Assembly: GCA_023819375.1 (NCBI GenBank)
Contig: JAMWDI010000001.1
Coordinates: 4,696 to 68,695 of the forward strand
Direction: 5' to 3'
Source of the DNA: Candidatus Omnitrophota bacterium
GTDB taxonomy: Bacteria > Ratteibacteria > UBA8468 > B48-G9 > JAFGKM01
DNA length: 64,000 nucleotides
The notes beneath the pieces are model-generated. The model did not search any database. It worked only from the letters and a program-made list of their open reading frames with translations, and had not been told where the DNA came from. Both the position numbers and the translations under genes were made by a program. Positions 9,649 to 18,894 of this stretch are shown here, piece after piece (the stretch's first letter is position 1; the number at the start of each line of letters is the position of its first letter).

Positions 9649-10719
9649 TTAACATATTTTTTTTACACTTTTTCTTATAATCAATTCTACCGGTAAAATT
9701 ATTCTTTCATTCTTAAATGCTAATCCTTCATTCATTTTCTTAATTGCAAGTTCAGCAAGTTTTTTCCCCATTTCTTTAACTGGTAAGGATACTGTTGTAA
9801 GTGGAACTTTTGTATAGTTTAAAATTTTATAATTTCCAAAACCAATTATTGAAATATCATCTGGAACTTTTATACCATTTTCAATAAAACAATAAATCGC
9901 CCCAATTGCAACAAGGTCATTACATGTTAAAATTGCTGTTGGCCTGTTTTTCATCTTTAAAATTTCCTTTGCTAATTTATATCCACTTTCTTCTGTATAG
10001 TCCCCTCCCAAAATTATCTTTTCTTTTATGCCATTTTCTTCAAGAGATTCAATATAACCTTCCTTTCTCTCCTCATTAGATATATTTTGTTTATATTCTG
10101 CAGAAAAATATGCAATCCTTCTATGTCCATTTTTTATAAAATATTCAACCGCTTTCTTTGCTCCATTTTTATTATCAAAAGCAACATAACTTACAGGAGT
10201 ATCTGCATGAGAACTTAAATATATTACTGGTATATTTATCTTTTTCAGAAGTTTATCAGATAATCCTTCTCCTTTATTCAATGCAGCAACTATTATGACC
10301 TTACAATTTTTAATGTATGGAATTTCTTCAATCTTTTTATTATCTTTAAAATAGCACAGTGATAAATTTAAGCCTTTGCCATCAATTGAATGAAAAAATG
10401 TTTCAAGTAAAGGCCCTGTAAAATACGGATCATATGAACTTACTATTGGGAAAAATACTAAAATATTTGAGGTTTTTGTTTTATAACCAGCAAAAAAACT
10501 CCCTTTACCTTGAATTCTGTATAATATTCCCTCATTTACAAGTTCATTCAAAGCACGACTGGCTGTTACTTTTGTAATCCCAAATAACTTTGCAATTTCG
10601 TTTTCAGAGGGTACTTTATCCCCCACCTTGAGTTTTTTACTTTCAATATAATCAATTATAAATTTTTTTACCTGATTATACTTTGTTTTTCTCTCCTCAG
10701 TTAAAAATTTAACTTCCAT
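9649..10719 (-). CDS. GntR-HTH plus LacI-type sensor transcriptional regulator (AraR-like architecture)
   Basis: GDKVPSENEIAKLFGITKVTASRALNELVNEGILYRIQGKGSF; C-terminal PTAILTCNDLVAIG and VPDDISIIGF...PLTTV. Confidence 0.92.
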   Translation of the reverse strand: MEVKFLTEERKTKYNQVKKFIIDYIESKKLKVGDKVPSENEIAKLFGITKVTASRALNELVNEGILYRIQGKGSFFAGYKTKTSNILVFFPIVSSYDPYFTGPLLETFFHSIDGKGLNLSLCYFKDNKKIEEIPYIKNCKVIIVAALNKGEGLSDKLLKKINIPVIYLSSHADTPVSYVAFDNKNGAKKAVEYFIKNGHRRIAYFSAEYKQNISNEERKEGYIESLEENGIKEKIILGGDYTEESGYKLAKEILKMKNRPTAILTCNDLVAIGAIYCFIENGIKVPDDISIIGFGNYKILNYTKVPLTTVSLPVKEMGKKLAELAIKKMNEGLAFKNERIILPVELIIRKSVKKIC

Positions 10720-10758
10720 AGTTAACTATATAATACTCTATAAAAAATTTTTTGTCAA
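10718..10758 (-). promoter_or_regulatory. Sigma70 promoter with perfect 12-bp palindrome overlapping the start codon
   Basis: TTGACA (10753-10758), 17 bp, TATTAT (10730-10735). Palindrome ATAGTTAACTAT at 10718-10729. Confidence 0.6.
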
Positions 10759-12101
10759 GCCATCTCTTTTTAACACCTCACTTTCTTTTTTATTGAGAAT
10801 ATAACCATATGTTCCTTTTCTTTGGGAAGAACCACCTGGTAAAATTTCTCCATTTTTAATATCTCTTTTATCTATTGCAATTAAATTTGTTTCTATTTTT
10901 CCAAGTATTTTCGCAGATGGATCTTTCTTCCTTATTTCTTCTATAATTGGCTTCATTACCTCTTTATATTCCTCTCTTGTATAAATCTTCCCTGTTTTTG
11001 GATTTAGGGATATATAGAAAATTCAAATTTTATAACTTTTTATTTTTATCAAGCCCAAAATGTTTTATTGTATAATTCAACGTATTTGCCTTTTTGGTTA
11101 TTTCCCCTTGAACTCTTAAAATGTCATCTTCTGCAACAAACCCAATTGATGTATCTTTATGTGAAACAGATATTGTTGGATTCTCTGAAACTCTTGCTGT
11201 TGAAAGTTCTATATCCTCAACTCCTCCAATCCTGTAATAAGAAGGTAAATCCTGTAAAATAATCCTATGTTTTATTATTGCTCCTATTGCATCTTGAGTG
11301 TTATTTTTTATTGTTTCTTCTACTTTTATTTTATCTACTTTTAATCTCTATCTCGCCTTGTTCTCCTATATTTAATTCGTAATTCTGCATTTTTAAACTT
11401 TCCTTTCCTTTACTTTCAGTATATTTTTCAAGTTCTGGTTTTGAATATTTTTCAACTAAATCTTTTGGTAAATATCCAATTTCAAGGTTATCTATAACCA
11501 TATTTATTTTTGTCCCAGGAACATATCTATTTAAGAAAGTATTAATAAGTGTTATTTTATTTGGTTCTGCTTTTCCTGTCTTTTCATCTGCTTCTATCTC
11601 TACATAATTAACAACATCTGATATGTTTATCAAATACCAGTATCCTTCTTCTTTATGACTTATCACTCTTGAATCAAGGTCTTTTCCATTTCCAAAATAA
11701 ACTATAATTGTAGGATAACCAGACCTCTTTCCCCACCAGTCAAATTCTCCTATTGTTGTTTTAAATAAATCTCTTCTATTTACCAAACGATAATAACCTG
11801 AATTTGTATATTTATCTAAAACTTTTCCATTAACTTCTAAACCAAGATAATCATTCCATCCACCAGGTCTTTCTGTATGTAATCTTGCCTTAAATCTCAT
11901 AACAACTATTTTATCTTTTTCTCTTTTTATAGCAGGTATTTGGAAAGTATATTTTGTTGGTGTGTTTTCTTCTGAAACAATCGTAATTGGACTTTCTGCT
12001 TTATATATTGACTTAAAACTTTCATCTTCACATATTGACTTACTGAATGCATAACTGAAAACTAAAAAACCTAAAATTAATATTTTTAAAAATATTTTCA
12101 T
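10738..12101 (-). pseudogene. Multiply deleted paralogue of the 970-aa secreted hydrolase-like protein
   Basis: ORF 11331..12101 has a signal peptide and one copy of the N-terminal module. An out-of-frame segment at ~11030-11330 (KIKVEETIKN...ENPTISVSHKDTSIGFVAEDDILR...HFGLDK) aligns by eye with VLIEDEITN...VNPTIFYPFKNSGIGIVANDDVYR...NFCLGPKK. 10738..10990 is a further fragment. Confidence 0.75.
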
Positions 12102-12122
12102 TTCTCTCTCTCCTTTTTAAAA

Positions 12123-12845
12123 CTATTCCCACATTATACTACCATCATAATATATAACTCCTCTGTATGCAACATCTAAAATTCCTCCTGGTGCTGGCAT
12201 TTTTTTCCATTCTACATGAGAATCTACAAATAAAACATTTGCACCTTGTGAATGTCTATAATCCACTGCACAATATTGAAAACCAGGATTAGTTCTCCCA
12301 ACATACTCAATTACTCCTCCATATCCATATCTTCCATCAATAAGAAAGAGTGTCTTATCTGGCTTTTTAATTCTTGAAATTTTAAAAGCAACTTCATTAG
12401 GAGTAGTTATTGTTCCATCTGCTCTTATGTATGGACAAACATCTTGATTAACCAGGTAATCAGGAATACAATCATTATACCAGTACTGTCTTTTGGGAGC
12501 GGAATGAATTGTTTTTGTTGGACAGTTTTTCATGGTATCATTTCTTTCTCTATTTTTCATATATCCACGATGGTCAAGATCTTCTTTTCCAATGTATGTA
12601 CATAGATAATCATACCAGTATTTATAAGGCGATGTTTGAACATTTCTTGATGGTGGAAAATATCCTTCATAATCATTTAAATACATTTCAAGAGCAAGTC
12701 CCCATTGTTTCATATTATTCATACAGGCGGCTTGTCTTGCTCTTTCCCTTGCTTTTGAGAGTGCTGGTAGTAACATCGCTGCCAAAATAGCAATTATAAC
12801 AACCACTACCAACAACTCTATCAATGTAAACCCTTTCCTTCTCAT
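12123..12845 (-). CDS. Prepilin-type N-terminal cleavage/methylation, H-X9-DG-like (DUF1559-like) protein
   Basis: [51 protein letters not shown]; C-terminal [14 protein letters not shown]. Start set at 12845 (SD GGGAGGTGA); an in-frame upstream ATG exists at 12896. Confidence 0.92.
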   Translation of the reverse strand: MRRKGFTLIELLVVVVIIAILAAMLLPALSKARERARQAACMNNMKQWGLALEMYLNDYEGYFPPSRNVQTSPYKYWYDYLCTYIGKEDLDHRGYMKNRERNDTMKNCPTKTIHSAPKRQYWYNDCIPDYLVNQDVCPYIRADGTITTPNEVAFKISRIKKPDKTLFLIDGRYGYGGVIEYVGRTNPGFQYCAVDYRHSQGANVLFVDSHVEWKKMPAPGGILDVAYRGVIYYDGSIMWE

Positions 12846-12892
12846 ATTGTCACCTCCCTTTTTTAAAATTTTTGTTTTTAAATTTCTAATCT

Positions 12893-13684
12893 TCATATTT
12901 CACCCCCCTCTTTTTTAAATTTCTTGTAATACATTTGGGCAAGTTTTACACTATCTATTCCATTTTGTTTTGGCTCTATTATATTTACCCATCCTTTATA
13001 ACCAATTTCCTTCAAATCTTTTATAAACCTTGAAAAATCAATTCCATCTGAATCATCTGGCAAACACCTTATAAATTTTTCTCCTTTATATTCAATTATC
13101 TCCCCTTTTTCATTTTCCTTTGCTTTTCTTATATTTTGGAACTGAACATTTATCATATACGGAAGAAGTTTTTTTAATATCTCTTTTGAATAGTCCTGAT
13201 TAGATAAAACAAAATTCCCAGGTTCAACTGATAATCCAAAATTAGAGTAATTAACTTCTTTACATATATTTATTGCATCTTCAAATTTTTCAAAAATTGT
13301 CCCTGTATGAATTTGCTCAAATATTTTTATAGGAATTTTATTTTCAATTAAAAATTGACAACTTTTTTTAATTAATCCAATATCTTCAACAATTATTCTT
13401 ACAAGTCCTGTTTTTAATATAACCGCTTTTTCAACAACTTTCTTAAATTCTTCAAAATATTTTTCTCCTTCTTCAAGACAGGTTATAAAAGAAACATCCA
13501 TTTTATATTCATCAAGTATTTTCCTAACTCTCTTAATTTCTTCTAATGTCAAACTTCCTATCTGGGAATGTCTTAACTCAACTCCATCATATCCAATATC
13601 TGAAGCAATTCTCACAAATTCCTCAATACCTACTTCAACACCTTTCTCTGTTTCAAATATTCTTCCTGATAAGGCAATTTTCAT
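12893..13684 (-). CDS. Sugar phosphate isomerase/epimerase (xylose-isomerase-like TIM barrel)
   Basis: IGYDGVELR near the N-terminus and [22 protein letters not shown] near the C-terminus. Confidence 0.85.
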   Translation of the reverse strand: MKIALSGRIFETEKGVEVGIEEFVRIASDIGYDGVELRHSQIGSLTLEEIKRVRKILDEYKMDVSFITCLEEGEKYFEEFKKVVEKAVILKTGLVRIIVEDIGLIKKSCQFLIENKIPIKIFEQIHTGTIFEKFEDAINICKEVNYSNFGLSVEPGNFVLSNQDYSKEILKKLLPYMINVQFQNIRKAKENEKGEIIEYKGEKFIRCLPDDSDGIDFSRFIKDLKEIGYKGWVNIIEPKQNGIDSVKLAQMYYKKFKKEGGEI

Positions 13685-14697
13685 ATTTCCTCCATTTTAA
13701 AAGGAACAATTATTCTTTCATTTAAAATCTCTTCTTTCTTCATCACTTTTTCAAGTATTTCAAGCGTTTTTCTTCCAACTTCTTCTCCTATTTCGGAAAA
13801 CTTAAGTGTTTTTACAATTACATCCTTTCCTATTAAGTTTTTCATTTCAACACTCATTGCTTCATCTATTAAAATTATTGCTGTTGGGGGTTCTTCTAAT
13901 GAAAAAAGTTCATTGATTAAGTTCAAAACTTTTTCTTTTTCAAAATCACTTTCTTTTATTAAATTTTCATCATATTCAATCTCATATCTTTTTAATGCAT
14001 TTTTATATCCATCAAGAAATAATAAACTTGAAGAAACTGCACCATAAGAAATCGCTTGACTAATTGGTCCTGTTATAACTCCTATTCTTTTGTTTCCTTT
14101 TAAAATAAGTTTTTCTGTAATTTTTTCTCCTATATAGTCTTCATTTAAAAATATTGAAGGAATATTTACTCCTTTATAATAATGACCAACACAAACAATA
14201 GGAATATTTTTTTCAATTAGAAAATTTAAGTCTCTTCTATTTATAAAATCAAGCATTATAACTCCATCAAGTTCTTTGTTTTCAACGCTTTTAAAAAATA
14301 AACTTCCATTTTCACTTGTTATACTTCTTCCTCCAAGTGGATAAAAGAAAAAATGATAATTATTTTTATAGCCAGTGTTTTCAATCCCTTCAATTATTTT
14401 CTTAATGTAGGGATGGGTTAAAAAACTTATATTTCTAAAAACAATTCCTATATTTTTTATTTCTCTGGAAAAAGAAACCTCTCTTTCTATTAAGTCTGCT
14501 ACAAATGTGCCTTTTCCCTGAATTCTATAAATATATCCTTCCCTTTCAAGTTCATTCAAAGCCCTTGTTACAGTTGCATAACTTAATTTAAATTTTTTCA
14601 TCAAATAATTTTGAGAATAAAATATATCTCCACTTTTAAATTTCTCTTTTAACTCTTCCTTTAAAAACTCTTTCAATTTCAAATAATTTGGTTTCAT
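13681..14697 (-). CDS. GntR-HTH plus LacI-type sensor transcriptional regulator
   Basis: SYATVTRALNELEREGYIYRIQGKGTFV; close paralogue of 2722..3783. Confidence 0.9.
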   Translation of the reverse strand: MKPNYLKLKEFLKEELKEKFKSGDIFYSQNYLMKKFKLSYATVTRALNELEREGYIYRIQGKGTFVADLIEREVSFSREIKNIGIVFRNISFLTHPYIKKIIEGIENTGYKNNYHFFFYPLGGRSITSENGSLFFKSVENKELDGVIMLDFINRRDLNFLIEKNIPIVCVGHYYKGVNIPSIFLNEDYIGEKITEKLILKGNKRIGVITGPISQAISYGAVSSSLLFLDGYKNALKRYEIEYDENLIKESDFEKEKVLNLINELFSLEEPPTAIILIDEAMSVEMKNLIGKDVIVKTLKFSEIGEEVGRKTLEILEKVMKKEEILNERIIVPFKMEEI

Positions 14698-14752
14698 AAC
14701 TTAATCTCTTAATCTATTAAGTTATTATACTGAAGTATATATTTTTTGTCAA
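14696..14752 (-). promoter_or_regulatory. Consensus sigma70 promoter plus inverted/direct repeat operator
   Basis: TTGACA (14747-14752), 17 bp, TATAAT (14724-14729). Inverted repeat ATAACTTAAT-N10-ATTAAGTTAT at 14696-14725 contains CTTAATCT twice. Confidence 0.7.
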
Positions 14753-14791
14753 GTTTTAATTTTTATTTTATAATTTTAAGTAATTTAAAAA

Positions 14792-15265
14792 GTGAGAAAA
14801 ATGGAAAATTCAAAGTCAAATTTTTCTTTTAAAAAGATTAAAGGTAGGGCAATACCTTTTTTCTTGTTTCCCATTTTAATTACAATCTTAGGTAAATTTC
14901 TTGACCTACATAAATATGTTCCAATTACCCAAAATTATGAAACAGAAATTTTGAAAAATTTTATGAAATTTCTGTATTTTTTAGGTCTTGGTATTTTCTT
15001 TTTCTGCAATGGGTTTTCTGATTATATATCAAAAAAAATTTTTTCAAAAAAGAGTGATTATTATGAAAAAATCAGAGGATATTATTTTTATACCTTGATT
15101 ATGCTTTCTTTTATAAATCTGATTTCTGTTTCAGGATTTTTAGGATTTTTAATCTGTGGAAATTTCTCATGGTTGGCAACTTTTTCAATTATAAACTTTT
15201 TAACTCTTTTTTCCTATTTTCCAAGCCAAAAAAAATTTAAACACAAATTTGAAAAATTTCAATAA
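14792..15265 (+). CDS. Hypothetical membrane protein (about 4 TM)
   Basis: Four hydrophobic stretches; the start may be the downstream ATG (MENSK). Confidence 0.7.
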   Translation: MRKMENSKSNFSFKKIKGRAIPFFLFPILITILGKFLDLHKYVPITQNYETEILKNFMKFLYFLGLGIFFFCNGFSDYISKKIFSKKSDYYEKIRGYYFYTLIMLSFINLISVSGFLGFLICGNFSWLATFSIINFLTLFSYFPSQKKFKHKFEKFQ

Positions 15266-15269
15266 GATG

Positions 15270-15341
15270 AGCGGGATACGGGATTCGAACCCGCGACCAC
15301 GAGCTTGGGAAGCTCGCACTCTACCACTGAGTTAATCCCGC
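15270..15341 (-). tRNA. tRNA-Gly (CCC)
   Basis: GCGGGAT/ATCCCGC acceptor stem, anticodon arm CGAGC-TTCCCAA-GCTCG, GGTTCGAATCC T-arm, U discriminator; CCA not encoded. Confidence 0.96.
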
Positions 15342-15425
15342 TTTTATTATAATTATACCTTAAAAATATAAATTTATAAAAATTTGACTTTTTGAAATTT
15401 TCTATTAAAATTTTTAGCGGGGGAA

Positions 15426-16232
15426 ATGGAAGAAGAAATTAGAAAATTACAAAATATTATAATTTTTAAGGATTTAGAAATTAAAACTCTTCAATATCAA
15501 CTTGAAATATTCAAAAAAATTCTTGCTCAATTTCCTGGGATAATTATAGTTCTTGAAAAAAACGGTTTTATAGAATATATAAATGAAAATGGGGCAAAAA
15601 TACTTGGATATCACAAAGATGAATTGATAGGGAAAAATTGGTTTGAAAAATGTATTCCAGAGAATATAAAAGAGAAATTGAAATTTATACTTTATAAAAT
15701 AATGGAAGGATATCTTGAAGAATACAGTTATTTTGAAAATCCGGTTGAAACAAAATTTAAAACCCAAAAATTAATTGGATGGAGAAATAATTTTATAAAG
15801 GATGAAAAAGGGAATATTATTAAAGTAATTTCCTATGGAATTGAAATTTCTAAAGAAAATTTCAAATCAGAAAGATTTGATATATTTACAAGAATTTTTG
15901 ATTTGTTGCCAGAGGCAATTCATATTATTGATAAAGACTATAAAATCTTATACTTTAATGAAACTTTTAGAAAATGGAATGCTCTTTTAGGATTTCCAAC
16001 CGACATTGTTGGAAAAAATCTTTTTGAGGTATTTCCTTTTCTTTCTGAAAAAGTTAAAAAAGAATATGAAAATGTTTTTGAAACAGGAGGGATTTTAACA
16101 ACAAAAGAAACAAATTTCCTAATGGGAAAAGAAATAAAAACAGAAACAAGAAAAATTCCAGTTTTTACAAGAGATAAGGTTACACATATTATTACTTTTA
16201 TAAGAGAGTTAACTCAATTTTTAAACCTTTGA
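15426..16232 (+). CDS. Double PAS-domain protein without output domain
   Basis: IEYINENGAKILGYHKDELIGKNWF and ILYFNETF...DIVGKNLFEVFP; the ORF ends right after the second PAC motif. Confidence 0.85.
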   Translation: MEEEIRKLQNIIIFKDLEIKTLQYQLEIFKKILAQFPGIIIVLEKNGFIEYINENGAKILGYHKDELIGKNWFEKCIPENIKEKLKFILYKIMEGYLEEYSYFENPVETKFKTQKLIGWRNNFIKDEKGNIIKVISYGIEISKENFKSERFDIFTRIFDLLPEAIHIIDKDYKILYFNETFRKWNALLGFPTDIVGKNLFEVFPFLSEKVKKEYENVFETGGILTTKETNFLMGKEIKTETRKIPVFTRDKVTHIITFIRELTQFLNL

Positions 16233-16628
16233 TGGTTCCTTTTCAAACTTTTTTAATTCTTCAAGAAATTCATCTACTGTAATATCAATTTCATCCCATT
16301 TAATTTCTTCTCTTGGAACCATTTTTGTCTCTTTTACCACATAAAGTAAAAATAAATCTTCACCGTTTTCTTTTATATATTTTATTGCTTCTCTTCTGCT
16401 CTCAAATAATCTTTCTTTCCTTTCTAAAACAGGTATTTTCCTCAATTCTTCTTCAGAAAGATTTCTTATAACCCCGTACATATATGCAGATAAAGTAATT
16501 TCTCTTGCAAGTAAAATTTCTTCTACTATTTGTTCTCCTGTGCTTATTCCAGTTTTAAGGGCTTCTTCAGGAGTAAGACATAGATAGGTTTTAGGTCTAA
16601 TCCTATATCTTTTTACTTCTTTTTCCAT
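16221..16628 (-). CDS. Hypothetical protein
   Basis: 135-aa ORF with SD AGTAGGA and composition typical of genes in this window. Confidence 0.7.
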   Translation of the reverse strand: MEKEVKRYRIRPKTYLCLTPEEALKTGISTGEQIVEEILLAREITLSAYMYGVIRNLSEEELRKIPVLERKERLFESRREAIKYIKENGEDLFLLYVVKETKMVPREEIKWDEIDITVDEFLEELKKFEKEPSKV

Positions 16629-16649
16629 TAATTTAATCCTACTTTAATT

Positions 16650-17735
16650 TTATAAATATTTCAACCCTTCGTCAAGCATGATTAAATAATTTTCAACTGG
16701 AATATAATTTGTAATTGAATTTCCACTCCCAAAAGCATATCTATATGGCATACATTTATCAAGAATTTCTCTTACATATTTTCTCAAACTTTCTTCATTA
16801 TAAGTAACAAGTTTATTTACATCTACTCCTCCAAGAACAGCAACTTTATCTCCATATTTTTCTTTGAATTCCCATACAGGTATAATTTCGTCTTGAAAAG
16901 AATGAAAAGCATCTATTTTGACATCATATATAAAGTCATCAATAACGTTTGAAATGTTTCCACAACAATGAAATAAATATAACTTATTTTTTTTATGAGC
17001 AATTTCTGCATATTTTTTATGCCATGGAATTACAAGTTTTCTTAAATATTCAGGTGATAAAAAAGTTGAAGTTTTAAATCCAAGATCATCTCCTTGAAAA
17101 AAACCTTCTACATTATCTAATTCAACGATATTTTTATAAAACTCACAAATAATTTCTCCTACTTTGTTAAATACTGCTTCAACAAGAAGAAAATTATCTA
17201 TTAGTAAATAACTCATATTTTCAAAACCAAGTAAAAATTCACTTGCTATTTCAAAAACACCACTACTTGGACAAACTAATAATTTCATCCCATCAGGTAA
17301 GTTTTTAATTGCAATTTCATAAATAGAATAATCAATTTCTTCCTTTTTAGGCCAAGGATAATTTTCAAAATCATACCAATTAGTTATCATTCCTGTCCCC
17401 TCTTCTACCCATCCCCTTTCTCCTCTTGACAATATCGCTGTATCTTTAGTTCTTCTTTCTTTTCTTGGGAAAATAATTCCACCTGCAATTCTCACATAAT
17501 CATATCCCATTTTATACCAAAAGTTTATTTCTTGCCTTATATAATCTTCTTTGTTTTCATCATTATATTCAATCCACTTTTCTCCGATATATTTTTCTGT
17601 TATATATTTCTTTACTTCATAATCTATAACAAGTTCTACAAAATGAGTCTTATCAGCCCTTTCTTCACCTAAAATAACTTTTTTAAATTTTTCAAAATCA
17701 GGTCTCGGTTTCTTCAAAGGCACTTTCAAATTCAT
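16650..17735 (-). CDS. Uroporphyrinogen decarboxylase (URO-D/MtaA-CmuA) family protein
   Basis: GFENMSY, FQGDDLGFK, LFHCCGNI, LGGVDVNKL and GSGNSITNYIPVENY. Confidence 0.9.
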   Translation of the reverse strand: MNLKVPLKKPRPDFEKFKKVILGEERADKTHFVELVIDYEVKKYITEKYIGEKWIEYNDENKEDYIRQEINFWYKMGYDYVRIAGGIIFPRKERRTKDTAILSRGERGWVEEGTGMITNWYDFENYPWPKKEEIDYSIYEIAIKNLPDGMKLLVCPSSGVFEIASEFLLGFENMSYLLIDNFLLVEAVFNKVGEIICEFYKNIVELDNVEGFFQGDDLGFKTSTFLSPEYLRKLVIPWHKKYAEIAHKKNKLYLFHCCGNISNVIDDFIYDVKIDAFHSFQDEIIPVWEFKEKYGDKVAVLGGVDVNKLVTYNEESLRKYVREILDKCMPYRYAFGSGNSITNYIPVENYLIMLDEGLKYL

Positions 17736-17777
17736 TTTTTGCTCTTTTCTAAATTCAAATTTAAAAAGATAAACTTG

Positions 17778-17869
17778 CGGAGAGGGTGGGATTTGAACCC
17801 ACGTCCATCCATTTTGTGGATGGAAGCCGATTTCGAGTCGGCCGCTTTAGTCCACTCAGCCACCTCTCC
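17778..17869 (-). tRNA. tRNA-Ser (CGA)
   Basis: GGAGAGG/CCTCTCC acceptor stem, anticodon arm GCCGA-CTCGAAA-TCGGC, long variable arm, GGTTCAAATCC, G discriminator. Confidence 0.96.
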
Positions 17870-18527
17870 TTGGACCAAAAATTCCTGTTCCTATTCTTAT
17901 TATATTTGCTCCTTCTTCAATTGCTATTCTCCAAGTATCTGTCATTCCCATAGATAGATATTTCATCTCAACATTTGGTAAATTTAATCTTTTAAATTTT
18001 TCAAACAATTCCTTTGTCAATTTAAAGTAAGGTCTTATATCCTCTGGTTTTTCAACAACTGGGCCCATGGTCATTAAACCTTCTATTTTAATATTTTCAT
18101 ATTTTGAAATTTCATAGATTAAATTTTCTGCATCTTCTGGGAAAACGCCTGTTTTTTGATGCTCTTTCCCACTATTTATTTCTATTAAAACAGGATAAAT
18201 AATATTTCTTTTTTTTGCTTCTTTATCTATTTCTTTGGCGAGTTTTATTGAGTCAACTGTTTCAATCATATCAAAAATTTCAATTGCTTTCTTAACTTTA
18301 TTTGTCTGTAAATGCCCAATCATATGCCATTTAACCCTCCTGCCAATTTTTAAAAATTTCTTTTCTGCTTCCTGAACATAATTTTCTCCAATAAATTTTA
18401 TACCACCTTCAATCGCTTCTTCAATTTCTTCAACACTTCTTCCTTTTGTGGCTGCAAGTAAAATAATATTCTGTGGGATTTGAGACAAAATTTCTTTAAC
18501 CTTTTCTCTTATCATCTTTTGAACCAT
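17856..18527 (-). CDS. yggS: YggS/PLPBP pyridoxal phosphate homeostasis protein
   Basis: LAATK, GENYVQE, WHMIGHLQTNKVK, LSMGMT and IRIGTGIFGPR. Confidence 0.95.
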   Translation of the reverse strand: MVQKMIREKVKEILSQIPQNIILLAATKGRSVEEIEEAIEGGIKFIGENYVQEAEKKFLKIGRRVKWHMIGHLQTNKVKKAIEIFDMIETVDSIKLAKEIDKEAKKRNIIYPVLIEINSGKEHQKTGVFPEDAENLIYEISKYENIKIEGLMTMGPVVEKPEDIRPYFKLTKELFEKFKRLNLPNVEMKYLSMGMTDTWRIAIEEGANIIRIGTGIFGPRRGG

Positions 18528-18567
18528 TCAATTTTTTATTATACAATTTTTTAAAAGGAGGATAAAT

Positions 18568-18894
18568 ATGGAAATAAGATTTGATGAATTTAAGAAGATG
18601 GATTTGAGAGTTGGTAAAATTTTAGAGGTAGAAGATATTGCTGGAGCAGACAAATTATATTTATTGACAGTGGATATAGGAGATGAAAAAAGAAAAATGG
18701 TTGCAGGAATAAAGCCCTGGTATGATAAAAAAGAATTAATTGGGAAAAATATAGTCGTTATTGTCAATCTTGAACCCAAAGTCATCAAAGGAATTGAAAG
18801 TAGAGGTATGCTTCTTGCTACACTTTTTGACAATAAACTTTCAATTTTGACAACTGATAAAAATGACGTTCCACCAGGTAGCAAAATTACTTAA
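18568..18894 (+). CDS. tRNA-binding OB-fold protein (Trbp111/MetRS C-terminal/CsaA family)
   Basis: DLRVGKI...ADKL...NLEPKVIKGIESRGMLLA. Confidence 0.9.
   Translation: MEIRFDEFKKMDLRVGKILEVEDIAGADKLYLLTVDIGDEKRKMVAGIKPWYDKKELIGKNIVVIVNLEPKVIKGIESRGMLLATLFDNKLSILTTDKNDVPPGSKIT

Noticed and set aside
17739-17957. 72-aa plus-strand ORF, and similarly 20988..21176 on the minus strand
   Set aside because: These are antisense readings of tRNA genes.
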